64,000 nt of DNA from Candidatus Omnitrophota bacterium (GCA_015494465.1 WGBD01000007.1:3009-67008); one strand, 5' to 3'; shown: positions 18,868 through 27,190, numbered from the stretch's first letter. Translations and numbers: made by a program. Notes: generated by a model from the sequence alone, not told the origin.

Positions 18868-19473
18868 ATGAAGGCCTTGGTGGTGGTCGATGTGCAGAAC
18901 GACTTTATACCCGGCGGGGCCTTGCCGGTGCCCCGAGGAGACGAGGTAGTAGCGGTGATAAACCAACTGATGCCAAGGTTTGATCTGGTCGTGGCAACCC
19001 AGGATTGGCACCCCAAGAATCACCTGAGCTTTGCCTCCAACCATCTGGGGAAAAAGGCCTTTGAGACCGTAGACCTCAACGGTATCCCCCAAACCCTATG
19101 GCCGGATCACTGCGTCCAAGGCACCTCGGGGGCGGACTTCGTGAAAGGTCTGGACCTACGCCCAATACAGGCCATATTCAGGAAAGGGACTGACCCGGAG
19201 GTGGACAGTTACAGCGGTTTCTACGACAACGGCGGGAAGACCACCGGTATGGCGGGCTATCTGAGGGAAAGGGGCGCAAAGGAGATATATGTAGTAGGAC
19301 TGGCGGGAGACTACTGCGTCTACTACACCGCCAAAGACGGGCTGAAAGAGGGATTTACTACCTACCTAATAGAAGACGCCACCCGCTCGTTAGACGAGGA
19401 AAACTTTGCCCGTATCAAGCAAGAACTCACCTCTGCGGGGGCAAGGATAATAACCTCAAAGGATCTGGAATAG
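18868..19473 (+). CDS. pncA: Nicotinamidase/pyrazinamidase
   Basis: VDVQNDF.PGG.L, TQDWHP, WPDHCVQ, DSYSGF, GLAGDYCV. Confidence 0.95.
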   Translation: MKALVVVDVQNDFIPGGALPVPRGDEVVAVINQLMPRFDLVVATQDWHPKNHLSFASNHLGKKAFETVDLNGIPQTLWPDHCVQGTSGADFVKGLDLRPIQAIFRKGTDPEVDSYSGFYDNGGKTTGMAGYLRERGAKEIYVVGLAGDYCVYYTAKDGLKEGFTTYLIEDATRSLDEENFARIKQELTSAGARIITSKDLE

Positions 19474-19475
19474 GC

Positions 19476-20183
19476 TTACACCCGCCTGCGTCTGAACAGG
19501 AGAAGTGGCAGGCCCGTTAGCAATAGGGCCCCGCTCGCGGGCTCGGGCACCATCGCCGGAAAGCGGAATTCGTCGTATCCGGTGATGGATATGTCGTCGA
19601 AGTAGAAGACGCTATCTTTCTTGAAGTCGGTATCAATGACCACCCTCGGGCGGAAGTTGTAATGGCTGGTCATCCTGAAGATCCCGTAAACGAACTGCCA
19701 TCCCGGGGTACGGGGATCCGCCAGAAGATTATCGTTGTTAGGCTCGCCGTTCAGCCCGGTACAATAAATGTCGCTTAGATCAAGGTACACATGACCGGCT
19801 ATGGCCTTGGGGAAGTATACAAAACCGCTCACCACCACTTCAAATGGCTCGGACCAACTGGTGTAAGGCCCAACGGCAGCAACGCCCCAAGGTTTATCGT
19901 TATCAATCTTGGTGTGCATCCTAAACGCGTAATCCCCAAAGGCCACTGCGTCACTGCTGACCGACAGATCTGCCATGTAAGATACATTTATGTACCAGTG
20001 ATTGGTCGTCCCCTCCTCTGCGCCACCGTTCTTCACCACCGTCCAGTAACCGTCCCCGATCGCAGAGGGATCGATCCCGGTGATCAAACCCGAGTCAAGG
20101 CGGTAGAGGGCGGACGAACCTACTTCGGGAAACGAAACTAGGACGAAAACCGCCATTACCAAGAACCACTTAACCCTACCCAC
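19476..20183 (-). CDS. PEP-CTERM sorting-signal surface protein, possible carbohydrate-binding beta-sandwich
   Basis: Signal peptide, NGGAE..W start typical of CBM-like domains, C-terminal VPEPASGALLLTGLPLLLFRRRRV. Confidence 0.85.
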   Translation of the reverse strand: MGRVKWFLVMAVFVLVSFPEVGSSALYRLDSGLITGIDPSAIGDGYWTVVKNGGAEEGTTNHWYINVSYMADLSVSSDAVAFGDYAFRMHTKIDNDKPWGVAAVGPYTSWSEPFEVVVSGFVYFPKAIAGHVYLDLSDIYCTGLNGEPNNDNLLADPRTPGWQFVYGIFRMTSHYNFRPRVVIDTDFKKDSVFYFDDISITGYDEFRFPAMVPEPASGALLLTGLPLLLFRRRRV

Positions 20184-20276
20184 TCTACTCCTCCTTGTTA
20201 CGAACCCGAACTTACCTTATCTCGTCAGGATAGCACACATCTCATACATATTCAATAAAAACATTTAAAAATGTCG

Positions 20277-21419
20277 TTAATTACTTGGGCGCCTTGCAGC
20301 GCTCAACCGCTTCTGGAGGGTCAGGAGTTCCTGGTGCCTGCGCTCCTTCTCCTTAAGAGGGACATCGTCCTTTAGGGAACTGGCCTTGGTAAACGGACGG
20401 GGGGAGTACTTGAATATGTAAGCGTTGTCAAACCTTATCTCCTCCAGTGCCCTGCGGGTCTTCAAAAAGTCCTCCTCCGTCTCCCCGGGAAAACCCACTA
20501 TGATGTCCGTGCTGAGGTATCCATTGGGGACCAGCGCCCTGTAAGTGGCGATCTTCTCAAGATACTCCTCGTAGGTGTAGCCACGGTTCATCGCCCGCAG
20601 AATGCGATCCGATCCCGACTGCATAGGCAGGTGAAGATATGGCCTTATGTTCTCGTGGCTGGCCATCACCTCGAACAGCCTTCGGTGGGCGTCTTTGGGA
20701 TGGGAGGTGGCAAAGGACAGCTCCCTCACCCCCTCTATGCGGGCCACCCTGTCCAAGAGGTCGGGGAAGTCCATCCCGCCGGCATAGGAGTTCACATTCT
20801 GCCCCAGGAGCATAAAAGAGAAACGCCCTGCGGAGACCAGCATCCTCACCTCTTCCACCACATCCCTCCAAGGCCTGCTCCTCTCCCTGCCCCGGACATA
20901 AGGGACTATGCAATAGGAACAGAAGTTGTCGCATCCCTCCATTACTATAACGAAGGTGGGCTCGGTGCTTTCCCCGGTTGGTACGGTGAAGTAGGCCCCT
21001 CGGGAATAAAACTCATCCGATCTGCGCTCGCCTCCCACGAAGGCCCATCGCCTTTTGGCAGAGACGATGTCCTCCAGGTGCTCCACCAAGGTGTAGAGGT
21101 CGTTGGGGCCACACACCAGATCCAGGTAAGGGGCCTTCTTGAAGGCATCCCCTTTCCACTCCTCGGCCATGCACCCCAACAAACCAAATACCTTCCTCTG
21201 GCCTCTGGACCTGGCACTCTTTGCCAAAAGGCCCAGTATGCTGAAGACCCTATCCTCTGCGTGCTTGCGGACCGCACAGGTGTTAAACAATACTACATCC
21301 GCATCTTCCCAATCGTCCACCAACTCCGCCCCCCGCCGACGCAGGGCCCCTGCCAGGATCTCCGAATCCCGCTTGTTCATCTGACAGCCAAATGTGCGGA
21401 TGTAGACCTTGGTCGGCAT
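20277..21419 (-). CDS. miaB: tRNA-i6A37 methylthiotransferase lacking the TRAM domain
   Basis: TFGCQMN..DSE, NTCAVR, GCMA, radical SAM CDNFCSYC, TSHP, QSGS, DIIVGFPGET, YSPRP. Start uncertain. Confidence 0.9.
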   Translation of the reverse strand: MPTKVYIRTFGCQMNKRDSEILAGALRRRGAELVDDWEDADVVLFNTCAVRKHAEDRVFSILGLLAKSARSRGQRKVFGLLGCMAEEWKGDAFKKAPYLDLVCGPNDLYTLVEHLEDIVSAKRRWAFVGGERRSDEFYSRGAYFTVPTGESTEPTFVIVMEGCDNFCSYCIVPYVRGRERSRPWRDVVEEVRMLVSAGRFSFMLLGQNVNSYAGGMDFPDLLDRVARIEGVRELSFATSHPKDAHRRLFEVMASHENIRPYLHLPMQSGSDRILRAMNRGYTYEEYLEKIATYRALVPNGYLSTDIIVGFPGETEEDFLKTRRALEEIRFDNAYIFKYSPRPFTKASSLKDDVPLKEKERRHQELLTLQKRLSAARRPSN

Positions 21420-21482
21420 GGTATCGACCGGAACACCCTCCTCGCAAAACACCTACAGGGGGAATTATAACACCAGATCACT

Positions 21483-22295
21483 CTATCCGAAAGCCACATC
21501 GAGTATCATCATGACCAGAAAACCGAGGATAAATCCCCCGGTGGAGAGTTCGGTATGGTGATTGCGCTGGGATTCGGGGATCACCTCCTCCACCACTACG
21601 AACACCATCGCCCCGGCTGCAAAGGCCAAGGCGTAAGGCAACAGCGGTTTGGCCAGAAGGACTGCCCCTGCACCGATAACCGCTGAGATGGGTTCGACTA
21701 CACCCGAAAGCTGTCCATACCAGAAGCTCCTTAGCCGGGATAACCCCTCCCGCCGGAGGGCAATCGCGACCGCGAAGCCCTCAGGGAAATTCTGTATACC
21801 TATACCGACTGCAAGGGCAATGGCCCCCGCAAGGCTCGCCTCTGGCAGACCGGCCGAAACCGATCCGAACGCCACCCCGACCGCCAACCCCTCGGGGATG
21901 TTGTGCAAGGTAATGGCCAGGACCAAGAGGGTACTCCTCTGCCAGGAGGTCTTTACCCCTTCTGCCTCTTCCCGAGGATAACCGATGTGCAGGTGGGGTA
22001 GCACCTTGTCGATCAAGCGCAGGAATCCCGCCCCTAACAGAAACCCCACCGCAGGGGGAAACCAGGACCCAATGGGATGATTGCCCGACATCTCTATTGC
22101 TGGGGCAAGGAGGGACCAGAAGCTGGCCGCCACCATCACCCCTCCCGCAAAGCCCAGCATGGTATCCAGGAGCCTTTGGTCGAACTTTTTGGCGGTAAAT
22201 ACCGCACCTGCTCCTAGGCCAGTAACCCCCCAGGTGAAGATCCCGGCGATTAGGGCCTGAAGGATAGGACCTCGTTCGCTAAACCAGTCCGGCAT
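21483..22295 (-). CDS. ZIP-family (ZupT/GufA) divalent metal transporter
   Basis: LHNIPEGLAVG, IQNFPEG, AAGAM.FVV..E.IPE. Confidence 0.92.
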   Translation of the reverse strand: MPDWFSERGPILQALIAGIFTWGVTGLGAGAVFTAKKFDQRLLDTMLGFAGGVMVAASFWSLLAPAIEMSGNHPIGSWFPPAVGFLLGAGFLRLIDKVLPHLHIGYPREEAEGVKTSWQRSTLLVLAITLHNIPEGLAVGVAFGSVSAGLPEASLAGAIALAVGIGIQNFPEGFAVAIALRREGLSRLRSFWYGQLSGVVEPISAVIGAGAVLLAKPLLPYALAFAAGAMVFVVVEEVIPESQRNHHTELSTGGFILGFLVMMILDVAFG

Positions 22296-22331
22296 CTCTA
22301 GCTCCCCAAGATCTAACTAATGTTACTACAC

Positions 22332-22371
22332 AAAGAGGGAGACGCCCAAACGAAATCAGACGCCTCCCTCT
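22332..22371 (-). terminator. Probable intrinsic terminator after dpsL
   Basis: Minus-strand hairpin AGAGGGAGGCGTCT...GGGCGTCTCCCTCT (with G-U pairs) followed by a short T-tract. Confidence 0.55.
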
Positions 22372-22382
22372 CCGCGTACGGA

Positions 22383-22934
22383 CTACTTTAAGAACTTCCC
22401 CACGAAGGGAGAAGATTCCCCCCTGCGCAAGAAATGGCCGGAGGGCCCTTCCCCGAGGAACTCAGAGAACCAGGACTCGTGTTCTATCTCCTCGTTGAGG
22501 ATGGCCGAGACCAGCTCGTAGGTCCTGTGGTCCTTACCTATAGTCATCTTGCAGAGCTCGTTGTAGCCGTACACCGCACATCGCTCTGCCTTTACCAGGA
22601 CCTCCAAGATGGCCTTTACATCGGTAGGATCTTTGGGCAGATTTGCCGGCGGACAGGCAGAAAGATCGTGGAACTCCTTCATGCAATCGGGCAACCTGCC
22701 TCCCAGCTCGTAAATACGAGGAACGAGGGCCTCGAAGTGATTGCGATCCTCTATCCTAGCGGTTTCTGCTATCTCCTTCAATCCCTCCCCTTCCAAACCG
22801 ATCAGGTTGGCCCTAAGGATGGTGTAATAGTAATAGGTAGTCAACTCCGCAGAGGCATTCCTGATCAGTAGATCCAACAACCTATCAACATCCACACCTG
22901 CCTTTTTGACGATGTCGATTGCGACCTTTGCCAT
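22383..22934 (-). CDS. dps: DPS-like (DPSL/thioferritin) ferritin-family protein
   Basis: AELTTYYYY, EDRNHFE, SACPP and AERCA cysteine pair, EIEHESW, GPSGHF. Confidence 0.9.
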   Translation of the reverse strand: MAKVAIDIVKKAGVDVDRLLDLLIRNASAELTTYYYYTILRANLIGLEGEGLKEIAETARIEDRNHFEALVPRIYELGGRLPDCMKEFHDLSACPPANLPKDPTDVKAILEVLVKAERCAVYGYNELCKMTIGKDHRTYELVSAILNEEIEHESWFSEFLGEGPSGHFLRRGESSPFVGKFLK

Positions 22935-23042
22935 CTTCTTACCTCCTCTTGATCACTAGCTCACACTCTAACCCTAACCCGTGTAGACTCTAACTTTAAC
23001 TCACTCCTACCACCTCCTTCCTTAATCGTATTATATACTAAA

Positions 23043-23057
23043 TAGTAATCATTACTG
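23043..23057. promoter_or_regulatory. PerR/Fur-type operator upstream of dpsL
   Basis: Palindrome AGTAAT-C-ATTACT just upstream of a minus-strand TATAAT; matches the site at 23524-23540. Confidence 0.72.
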
Positions 23058-23076
23058 ATTATTGTCTAAAAAAATT

Positions 23077-23511
23077 TCACTTCCTACACTTAAGGCATAT
23101 ACCCTCCAGGACCACCCTCTTCCCTACGACCAACCCGTACTTGCGCACGACTTCGGGTAAGGGAAGCTCGTCGTAGGAATCACAATGGAAGTCGTAGATA
23201 GCGTGGCACTTAAGACACCTAAAGTGATGGTGCTGGTCGAGGTTGGGCTCAAACCGTCTGTCTTCTCCGTAACCTTCCACCAACTTCGCTATCCCTATCT
23301 CTGAGAATAAGTGCAGGGTACGGTAGACGGTATCGAACGAGATGTTAGGCAGTTTCCTTCGCACCCGCTTGTAGATAGCGTCTGCGGTAGGATGGTCCTT
23401 TGCTCGCATAAGTTCCTCGTAGATAATCCTGCGTTGAGGAGTAATCTTCAGGCCGTGCTCTGCGCACTTTTGGTAAAAGTCTTCCATTGTAGCTTGCCCT
23501 GTTTTCTTCAT
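23077..23511 (-). CDS. perR: Fur-family regulator, PerR-like
   Basis: TPQR, HPTAD.IY, TVYRTL, HHHF.CxxC and C-terminal CxxC. Upstream of dpsL. Confidence 0.85.
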   Translation of the reverse strand: MKKTGQATMEDFYQKCAEHGLKITPQRRIIYEELMRAKDHPTADAIYKRVRRKLPNISFDTVYRTLHLFSEIGIAKLVEGYGEDRRFEPNLDQHHHFRCLKCHAIYDFHCDSYDELPLPEVVRKYGLVVGKRVVLEGICLKCRK

Positions 23512-23518
23512 AGAAGAT

Positions 23519-23547
23519 ACTATATAGTAATCATTCCTATTTGTCAA
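23519..23547 (-). promoter_or_regulatory. Sigma70 promoter of perR with an operator in the spacer
   Basis: TTGACA-17 bp-TATAGT. The spacer contains the near-palindrome TAGGAAT-G-ATTACTA. ATG lies 7 nt downstream of the -10. Confidence 0.78.
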
Positions 23548-23601
23548 TATGATTTTCACTTTAGGGTCAGTCGAAACGCAGAATTCGAGGTGTAGAGACT
23601 A

Positions 23602-25896
23602 TTATCCCCGTCTTCTCCGTCCGCAGACCGCTCCCAGTAGTCCTAAGGAAAACAACACCGCGGTAGCAGGTTCAGGAACGACATTGCTGGGTATGCGCTC
23701 CTTTACATAGAGGGAGAACTTATGATCCGTATAGACTGGATCCCAGTACTTATCTGGTCCGAGATCGGGTAGATAGAGGTTGTCAAAGAGCCCCGATAGG
23801 CCAACATCGGCGTATATAAGGTCGAAGGCAGAGCCTACCACAGGGCTGAATCCACTCCACAGGTCGACTACGAGATCACCGTTGAGGGTTATAGAGTCAC
23901 CTACATGGAGGTAATCGTAGTTAGTCCCTTGGCCGTATCCTGCTATGTCGAGGAGAAGTGCGGATCCATCCTCTAAGAACAAATCCCCATTTACGGTCAG
24001 CGTACCGGTTAGGCCGGGACCAAATCCTATCCGTATATTGCCGCCGTTTTTATTGTGCACATCCGCATTGATCTGGCCGTAACCGATAATATCTGCGTAG
24101 TCGTAGACATCGTGGGCGTCTATCCTGCCCCCCTTGAGATTAATTCGTCCACCGGGCCAGATTATCACCTCATCGGAGACATTGAGATAACCACTGGAGG
24201 CCAAGTCGTAAACACCTCTCTCCCCGATTACCACCCGACCAGCGTGATTGGTTCCGGCGGTGTGAGTAAAGTGTCCACCTATCTTTTCCATACCAGCGAC
24301 CTCGAGGGTGCCGTTGGAGAGAAGATATGTAGAGGTATGGCTGGGGTTAGACGCCAGGAAGAGATAGCCCCCTACTGACACCATACCTGAATGTTGGCTA
24401 AACTCCGCCTGCCCGTACTTAGCATCACCTACATAAAGATTATGCCCTACCTTTAGCGTTCCTCCCCAAAGATCGTAACTCCCCTTTGCGTTTTCTCCTA
24501 TAGCAGGCCCACGGGCTATAGAAAGGTCACGGTCTACCACCACGCTGGCGCCTTTTTGAACGAAGATACCTTCACCCTTGGCCCCGATCAATGAACTGCT
24601 ACTGCCTCCCTGCAATCCGTGCAGTACCAACACACCATCCCCTGAAAGCTCATACCTACCGAAGGATCCCTCTGCTACCCCAAGCACGAATGTCCTGTTC
24701 ACTACATGCCTACCACCTTCGTTTGAAAAGTAGGCTTTGGAATCCTCTCCATAACCCAAAAAGAGAAAGTCCATCTCGACGGAACTTTTATCCGAAAGGC
24801 TGTAGACACCAACACTACCCTCCTCGTAACCAAGGTAGGCCCAGTCCACGGTGAGAGGATCTTGCGCCCTATGGGCAAAGGTTCCATAACCACCTCGGCC
24901 TCCTAACTTCATACTCACCAAACGAGGAGTACTACCAGAAGGGCCGGTCCAGGTGAACTTCCCATTATTGTAATGATAGCTCCCCCGAGAGGCCTCTCCG
25001 CCTATCTCTGGTCCCAAAAACAAGGAGGCAACCTTATTATCGCCTCCCTCGTGATAAAAGTAGGCATACCCATCGGTGGCGCCTATCCTCTCCTCGGAAG
25101 CGCCATTGTCTCCTAAATCCAAGGTGCCCCCTTCCAGAGAAACCAGACCCTCGTCCACCAAGACATTCGGGGAAGAAGGGTCCCCTATTCGCAACAACCC
25201 ACCCGACTCTATAAGTGAGCCGTAATGGCGCACCTCCAGACTCCCCACACGCATCTCGCCGTTTGCCAAGCGCAACGATCCGGTATTTCCAAGGGTACTA
25301 GACTCCGCCCCGACTACTACATCGGCATCCGATCCCTCAAACAGACCACCTTCTTGATAGTACCTCGCCAAAGAGAACGAACTACGAGGAGTATTCCCTA
25401 TAGACATCGATTCCGTACAGGAAAGCTTGGTGTCTGGACCGATCATGGAAAACACACCACCCATCTCTACATCCAGAGATTTGGTTGCGTAATAACCCTG
25501 TTGAAAGGAGATCCCGGCTCGACCTGCTCCACCGACTTTTGTAGACCTAAACCACAAGATGTTTCCGAGAGGGCTATAATTTATCCTCAGAAAGACCGGG
25601 AAAAGTCCGCTTCCTTGGGAATTCATGTTCAAGGAGTTGTAGTTCGAAGCGGAGGACTGCCAGGTACTATAGAACACCTCATAATAATAGGGCGACAATC
25701 CTATTATGTACACATCCGATCCATTGGGAGGCACCCCTCGCAGAGAAGGTCCGTGGATCCAATTGTCGCCGTTGTGCCAATCCTTGTCCCCAGCCGAACC
25801 CGTCCAGTAATAATCTTCCGCATAGGAAGAGAAAAACGGAAACAACACCAGGGTGGAAATCGCGATCAACGAGGCAGAGAGCTTTCTAATTATCAT
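23602..25896 (-). CDS. Large Gly-rich PEP-CTERM surface protein (beta-helix/adhesin-like repeats)
   Basis: Signal peptide, W.G...D..W....NW N-terminus, repeated G.Y.L.GG.L.V..L.VG...G.F.Q.G units, C-terminal VPEPATAVLFSLGLLGAVCGRRRRG. SD AAAGGAGG. Confidence 0.87.
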   Translation of the reverse strand: MIIRKLSASLIAISTLVLFPFFSSYAEDYYWTGSAGDKDWHNGDNWIHGPSLRGVPPNGSDVYIIGLSPYYYEVFYSTWQSSASNYNSLNMNSQGSGLFPVFLRINYSPLGNILWFRSTKVGGAGRAGISFQQGYYATKSLDVEMGGVFSMIGPDTKLSCTESMSIGNTPRSSFSLARYYQEGGLFEGSDADVVVGAESSTLGNTGSLRLANGEMRVGSLEVRHYGSLIESGGLLRIGDPSSPNVLVDEGLVSLEGGTLDLGDNGASEERIGATDGYAYFYHEGGDNKVASLFLGPEIGGEASRGSYHYNNGKFTWTGPSGSTPRLVSMKLGGRGGYGTFAHRAQDPLTVDWAYLGYEEGSVGVYSLSDKSSVEMDFLFLGYGEDSKAYFSNEGGRHVVNRTFVLGVAEGSFGRYELSGDGVLVLHGLQGGSSSSLIGAKGEGIFVQKGASVVVDRDLSIARGPAIGENAKGSYDLWGGTLKVGHNLYVGDAKYGQAEFSQHSGMVSVGGYLFLASNPSHTSTYLLSNGTLEVAGMEKIGGHFTHTAGTNHAGRVVIGERGVYDLASSGYLNVSDEVIIWPGGRINLKGGRIDAHDVYDYADIIGYGQINADVHNKNGGNIRIGFGPGLTGTLTVNGDLFLEDGSALLLDIAGYGQGTNYDYLHVGDSITLNGDLVVDLWSGFSPVVGSAFDLIYADVGLSGLFDNLYLPDLGPDKYWDPVYTDHKFSLYVKERIPSNVVPEPATAVLFSLGLLGAVCGRRRRG

Positions 25897-25948
25897 ACCC
25901 AACCTCCTTTATTTCCAAGACGATACGATCCAAACTTAATCCATTTCT

Positions 25949-25965
25949 TGCAAAAAAGATTCCAA
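25949..25965 (-). promoter_or_regulatory. Sigma54 (-24/-12) promoter
   Basis: TTGGAATCTTTTTTGCA with exact GG-N10-GC spacing, about 50 nt upstream of the ATG. Confidence 0.65.
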
Positions 25966-26149
25966 TCTGCAAAATTCCTCCTCTCTTATAGAACGATCAA
26001 CTCCCAAGCCCACCCTAGAAAGAGGAAACAATGTGCAACTGCTTAAACTGCAACGAATTGGAAGGATAACCTCGGGATTAAACAGGGTGGAGAGAAAAGG
26101 GGGCTCGGCGGCCAACCCTCATTTCCACGCCCACCAAAACCCACCTCAC

Positions 26150-26187
26150 TGTAAATAAAGTTTACACCAATGACAAAAAAGTGGACA
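26150..26187. promoter_or_regulatory. Tandem enhancer-like boxes for a sigma54 activator
   Basis: TGTAAA-N5-TTTACA perfect inverted repeat, plus degenerate TGACAA-N5-TGGACA starting 21 bp further. Confidence 0.6.
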
Positions 26188-26201
26188 GTTCAACCACCCT
26201 A

Positions 26202-26235
26202 TGAGACAGATTCTTTCTGGAAGATTTCGTCTCGC
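26202..26235. repeat. Palindromic 34-bp element, copy 2
   Basis: TGAGACAGATTCTTTCTGGAAGATTTCGTCTCGC; 30/34 identical to 13448-13481. Confidence 0.8.
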
Positions 26236-26274
26236 GAGGCGTGGGATGGCAAGCGAAAGGGGAGTGATTGTTCG

Positions 26275-27177
26275 TCAGGTATACGGGAAGGATTCACCGG
26301 TAAGGCGCTCGTAGATCTCTATGTACCTGTCCCGGGTGGCCTTGACCACTTCTTCAGGCAGTTCCGGACCGGGAGGGGTCTTGTCCCAGTCGAGGGAGTT
26401 TAGGTAGTCTCGCACGAACTGCTTATCAAAGCTCTTCTGTGGTCTGCCTACCTCGTAATCGTCGAGGTACCAGAAACGCGAGGAATCGGGCGTAAGGACC
26501 TCGTCTACGAGGTACACCTCCCCGCGTTCATCCACCCCGAACTCGAACTTGGTATCCGCTATGATGATCCCCCTGCTCAGGGCGTAGTCGTGGGCCTTGG
26601 AGTAGAGTTTGAGGCTCAGGTCCCTGATCCTGTTAGCCAAGTCCGCCCCTATCAACCGCTCCACCTCTCTGAAATCTATCTCTTCGTCGTGCCCCTCTTT
26701 GGCCTTGGTAGTGGGGGTGAATATCGGCTCGCTCAACCTCTCGGACTCCCTCAAACCGGGGGGCAACTTCACCCCGCTGACCTCACCTCTTTCTTTATAG
26801 GAGCGCCATCCCGAACCAGTAATGTATCCCCTGACGATGCACTCCACCGGTATCACCTCGTACTTCTTCGCCAGCATGACCCGACCAACTAGGTCGGATT
26901 CGTGCTCTCTCAATTCGGGAAACATCCAAGATACGGTGCTGGCGTAGGAGGAGACGAGGTGGTGGTCTACATCTTGGGAGAAGAAATCGAACCAGAACCT
27001 GCTCATCAAGGTCAATATCCTGCCCTTGTCGGGTATGGAAGTGGGGAGGATTACATCAAAGGCGGATATCCTGTCGGTGGCTACCAAGAGGAGGTAATCC
27101 CCGAGATCGTAGACATCCCGCACCTTGCCCCGGCGCAGTTGTCCAACTGGGAGATTGGTTTCTCTCAACACGGGCAT
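26275..27177 (-). CDS. purC: SAICAR synthase
   Basis: GKVRDVY, TDRISAFD, PVECIVRGY.TGS, FTPTTKA, ADTKFEFG, DEVLTPDSSRFW, DKQFVRD. Confidence 0.96.
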   Translation of the reverse strand: MPVLRETNLPVGQLRRGKVRDVYDLGDYLLLVATDRISAFDVILPTSIPDKGRILTLMSRFWFDFFSQDVDHHLVSSYASTVSWMFPELREHESDLVGRVMLAKKYEVIPVECIVRGYITGSGWRSYKERGEVSGVKLPPGLRESERLSEPIFTPTTKAKEGHDEEIDFREVERLIGADLANRIRDLSLKLYSKAHDYALSRGIIIADTKFEFGVDERGEVYLVDEVLTPDSSRFWYLDDYEVGRPQKSFDKQFVRDYLNSLDWDKTPPGPELPEEVVKATRDRYIEIYERLTGESFPYT

Positions 27178-27190
27178 CTCGCCTCGCGGT

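Noticed and set aside
13447-26235. The 34-bp repeats as CRISPR repeats or as ends of one 12.7-kb mobile element
   Set aside because: Only two copies, far apart, with no spacers or cas genes. The enclosed DNA contains core genes (miaA, cdaA, argDF, miaB) and no recombinase.
26170-26403. 77-aa plus-strand ORF in the purC/PEP-CTERM gap
   Set aside because: No SD, overlaps purC antisense and the regulatory boxes, and has no motif.
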